From Nitrososphaeria archaeon (GTDB taxonomy: Archaea > Thermoproteota > Nitrososphaeria > JACIWG01), in the NCBI GenBank assembly GCA_050011875.1, contig JBEKIG010000016.1:1-64000 (forward strand): a stretch of 64,000 bases of DNA, in the 5' to 3' direction. This document shows positions 60,776 through 64,000 of this stretch, piece by piece. Position numbers and translations under genes: made by a program. The notes under the pieces are model-generated. The model saw nothing but the letters and a program-made list of their open reading frames with translations. It ran no database searches and was not told the origin of the DNA. The number at the start of each line of letters is the position of its first letter. Within the stretch, counting starts at the first letter, position 1.

Positions 60776-61642
60776 CTATTCTACAATTTTGTCGAATTGT
60801 TTTTGAACTTCAGGGATAGCTTCTATGAGATCGGAAGCTGTAATGTGCAGTCCCTTCTTTTGAAAAGCAGTTTCGCCTGCTTTTCCGTTAAAGAAAACAG
60901 CAACGGCAGCAGCTTCACAAGATGGAATCCCTTTCGCTACAAGCGTACCGACGATTCCGCTCAATACGTCCCCTGTACCGCCAACGGTCATAGCCGGAGT
61001 CCCAGCATAATCTAGATAGGTGGTTTCGCCATCACTTACTACGTCTATATAACCTTTCAATAATATGGTCAAATTAACCTCTTTTGCTTTAGACTCAACT
61101 AAACGGTACCGTTCCTCAATTTCGTTCGATGGCATTACATTAAAGATTCTGTTAAATTCCCCAGCATGAGGTGTAATAATGTTCCTCCTATCATTCAACA
61201 AGCGTATTATATCGTAATGTAAGGCATCCGCGTCTAGGACCATGGGAATATCCTTCAGCTTCAATTCTTTAACAAACAACTTTATTCCCTCCTCACACCC
61301 CTTTCCGAGCCCAGGACCCATAACTACACAGTCAACCTTAGGCATCCACTTCAACAGTCTCCTTGCACATCCAGTTGTAAACTTCAAATCAGGAAGAGGC
61401 ATAATAATGAGGTCAGGGGAAATAGATCTTAAAGACTGGGCAATTATTTTAGGAGTAGCTAGGTAAACTAGATCTGCTCCAGTCCTCAAGGCCGATGTCG
61501 CAGCTAAAAATGGCGCACCATGGAACATCCAGCTGCCCCCAAGAACTAGAACTGTTCCGTTATCACCCTTTCTCGATGATTTAGATCTTGGTTTTATAAC
61601 CGCCTTAACAAGTTCTGGTGAAGTTTCCTTCAATATGGTCAT
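60776..61642 (-). CDS. nnrD: ADP-dependent NAD(P)H-hydrate dehydratase
   Basis: RKGDNG.VLVLGGS..FHGAP, GPGLG, DADAL, TPHAGEF, GGTGDVLSG. Confidence 0.92.
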   Translation of the reverse strand: MTILKETSPELVKAVIKPRSKSSRKGDNGTVLVLGGSWMFHGAPFLAATSALRTGADLVYLATPKIIAQSLRSISPDLIIMPLPDLKFTTGCARRLLKWMPKVDCVVMGPGLGKGCEEGIKLFVKELKLKDIPMVLDADALHYDIIRLLNDRRNIITPHAGEFNRIFNVMPSNEIEERYRLVESKAKEVNLTILLKGYIDVVSDGETTYLDYAGTPAMTVGGTGDVLSGIVGTLVAKGIPSCEAAAVAVFFNGKAGETAFQKKGLHITASDLIEAIPEVQKQFDKIVE

Positions 61643-61715
61643 AATATCAGATGCGAACTTTCTTACATTTCACTTAAAAGCTTTGTGCAACTTTCAATTG
61701 CAAGCTTTTAGACGG

Positions 61716-61898
61716 TTACCCTTTTAAACGATTACGATCCTTGCACTTACCACAGACCGTGACGTGGAACATCATGTCTGAACCCGGAAATATTCGGATT
61801 CGTGCGGAGTTGGAATGCTTGTAATTTAAAAGACAAATTTGTTTGCAGACTTTACAACCAATACATAATTAAGGGAATACATGTAGTTTGAAAGACAC
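61716..61898 (-). pseudogene. Truncated 4Fe-4S dicluster protein
   Basis: VSFKLHVFP*LCIGCKVCKQIC...SARIRI...VCGKC: CxxCxxCxxxC with an in-frame TAA at codon 10 and a truncated second cluster. Confidence 0.7.
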
Positions 61899-61981
61899 AT
61901 TTAACTAATATAAAATAGTATACAAACCCCCAATCGAAGACTATATTTACGACATGTCATTTAAACATCTAATGACTTCTA

Positions 61982-63643
61982 ATGGCATCTGAAAATTTTA
62001 CCAGCATGAAAAAATTTGCTGACATATGTGAGAGAGTTAAGGGAACTACGAGTAAAAATATGAAGATTGAAATTCTGTCAGAATATTTGAGGAACTTGGA
62101 CGATGTTTCCCTTAGGATAGCATGCGGTTTCCTTTCAGGAGAAATCTTTCCACCTTGGCAAAATATCGAACTCCAAATAGGATACTCCACTCTTGTTGAG
62201 ATAATAATGGAACTAAGTGGTAAAGACAGAAGAACGTTAGGAAATATCTTCATAAAATATGGCGATCTCGGTGAGACAGCTGAAGAAATTCTGTCAAAAA
62301 AAACTGTAACCCCCCTTTTTAATGAAGAGTATACATTGATCAATGTGCACGATCAGCTAAAAAGAGTAGCTCAGAACACGGGGAAAGGATCTTTGTCAGA
62401 AAAGAAGAAAATTCTTACTCGCCTTTTTTTGAACATGTCTACAGTTGAGGCAAAATACTTCATAAAAATTCTTATAGGTGAGACAAGAATTGGGCTTATT
62501 GGAGGCTTAGTCGTCGAAGGAATTACAATCGCTTTTAGAAGAAAACCGGAAGACGTAAACGAGGCTTATCTGCTGACGTGCGACATAGGCGAAACGGCTG
62601 TTCTGGCAAAATATGATCGTCTAAAAGATGCAAGACTTGAGCCATTGCATCAAACAAACTTTATGCTTGCTGAAGCCATACAAACACCAGAAGAAGTCGT
62701 AGAGTACTTTGGAAAGCCTATCGTCTGCGAATACAAACTTGATGGCGTCAGAGCTCAATGTCATAAGAAATTGGAAGCGGTAAAAATATTCACGCGCAGA
62801 GGCAATGAATCTGGAGATTCTTTCCCAGAAATAGTTGAAGCACTTAGCGAGATAGACCACGATTTTATTATTGATGGCGAAATAGTGGCTTTTAAGGAAG
62901 GAAAGATACTGCCTTTTTCACTCTTACAGCATCGTTTACAGAGAAAGATACTGAGCAGAAAGTTAGTTGATGAAGTGCCTCTTATTATCTTTGTCTACGA
63001 TATCTTATATTTAGATGGAGAGCCCCTTTATAAGAGGAGCCTTATAGAAAGGAAAGAAGGCCTAAACCGACTTCATTTTTCTGAGAAAGTCAAGATGCTC
63101 GATTATATTTTTGTTTCAAAAAAAGAGGAAATTGAAGTGAAATTTGACGAAAGTGTAGAAAAAGGATATGAAGGTTTAATGTTGAAGGACCCTAATTCGA
63201 TTTATACAGTAGGAAAAAGGGGAAAGAATTGGGTTAAGCTTAAAAGGGAGCTTGACACCTTAGATGTAGTAGTTGTAGCTTCTGAGAGAGGACATGGTAA
63301 GAGGTCAAATGTCTTCTCTGATTACATTTTCTCAGTTTGGGACAACGGTGAACTTAAGACTATAGGCAAAGCTTATTCAGGTTTGACGGATAAAGAGATC
63401 TTGGATATGAATGGAAAGTTAAAGGAAATTACGGTCAGAGATGAAGGATGGAGGATAGTAGTTAAACCCGAAATCGTAATAGAAGTCGCCTTCAATGGAA
63501 TTCAAAAAAGCAGCAGACACGAAAGTGGCTTTGCACTACGTTTTCCAAGAATAAAAAGAATAAGAGACGATAAAAGCTCGGAACAGGCGGATACAATTGA
63601 TAAGGTTAAGGGGATATTCAAAAGACAATTTATTAAAAGATAG
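61982..63643 (+). CDS. lig: ATP-dependent DNA ligase
   Basis: EYKLDGVR (motif I), IDGE, YDIL, EGLMLK, WVKLK, ALRFPRI..IRDDK. Confidence 0.95.
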   Translation: MASENFTSMKKFADICERVKGTTSKNMKIEILSEYLRNLDDVSLRIACGFLSGEIFPPWQNIELQIGYSTLVEIIMELSGKDRRTLGNIFIKYGDLGETAEEILSKKTVTPLFNEEYTLINVHDQLKRVAQNTGKGSLSEKKKILTRLFLNMSTVEAKYFIKILIGETRIGLIGGLVVEGITIAFRRKPEDVNEAYLLTCDIGETAVLAKYDRLKDARLEPLHQTNFMLAEAIQTPEEVVEYFGKPIVCEYKLDGVRAQCHKKLEAVKIFTRRGNESGDSFPEIVEALSEIDHDFIIDGEIVAFKEGKILPFSLLQHRLQRKILSRKLVDEVPLIIFVYDILYLDGEPLYKRSLIERKEGLNRLHFSEKVKMLDYIFVSKKEEIEVKFDESVEKGYEGLMLKDPNSIYTVGKRGKNWVKLKRELDTLDVVVVASERGHGKRSNVFSDYIFSVWDNGELKTIGKAYSGLTDKEILDMNGKLKEITVRDEGWRIVVKPEIVIEVAFNGIQKSSRHESGFALRFPRIKRIRDDKSSEQADTIDKVKGIFKRQFIKR

Positions 63644-63682
63644 TGGTAAGACATATTAGATATTTCTTTATACGACTAAGGT

Positions 63683-64000
63683 ATGGTGATTGTTTCAGCT
63701 CTTGTTGCAGCAAGTCTCCTTGCGGGCGCTGTCCAAGACATAAAGGAAAACCAGATCAGCGACCTCACTTGGATTCCTGCAATCATCGGCGCAATCGTTA
63801 TGGTGTACCAATATATCATTCAGAGTAGCTATATCTTTTTGGCACTGAAGTTTGTTATGGTTGCTGTGATATTATTTGTCAGCTACTTTTTCGGGGGAGG
63901 AATGGCTGATATGATTGGACTGGCAGCAGTGGTTATTGATGATGACCCTTTTGCGCCGATCGGGACACTTGTTGTCTTCGTCGCGGTAACAGGCCTTTAC
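63683..64000 (+). CDS. Prepilin/preflagellin peptidase (A24)-like membrane protein, 5' part
   Basis: Hand translation MVIVSALVAASLLAGAVQDIKENQISDLTW...FFGGGMADMIGL; two aspartate motifs (QDIK, GMAD); runs off window. Confidence 0.7.
   Translation, partial: MVIVSALVAASLLAGAVQDIKENQISDLTWIPAIIGAIVMVYQYIIQSSYIFLALKFVMVAVILFVSYFFGGGMADMIGLAAVVIDDDPFAPIGTLVVFVAVTGLY

Noticed and set aside
63643-63828. 61-aa ORF after lig
   Set aside because: Alternative frame of the prepilin-peptidase-like gene starting at 63683.

Overview
Archaeal chromosomal segment, AT-rich. The thermosome, Pus10, GTPBP1-like GTPase, ATP-dependent ligase, GGAGGTGA-type RBS and TATA promoters support this; a TACK-type lineage is inferred, not shown. 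1-27.6 kb is mostly sugar, amino-sugar and peptide catabolism: ABC transporter, NagB-like, SIS, FGGY kinase, URO-D-like proteins, peptidases, GGT, plus SufS, a divergent thermosome and a HypA-like gene. 43.6-64 kb is mostly metabolic and housekeeping (EtfAB plus FAD oxidase, DedA, NnrD, ligase). About a dozen eroded pseudogenes are interspersed, several with clean internal deletions. A small integrase-bearing element lies at about 38.05-43.5 kb (tyrosine integrase, membrane-anchored cargo gene, Hjc-like nuclease, AbrB and wHTH regulators, zinc finger). A decayed, inverted, cargo-less second copy lies at 32.0-32.3 kb. Two gene-poor islands (17.0-17.4 kb, 27.7-28.8 kb) carry four arrays of helically phased 10-12 bp repeats, two of which are homologous. 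A candidate structured RNA sits at 48.3-48.55 kb. No rRNA, tRNA or CRISPR array was seen. All calls are by eye from motifs; no searches were run.
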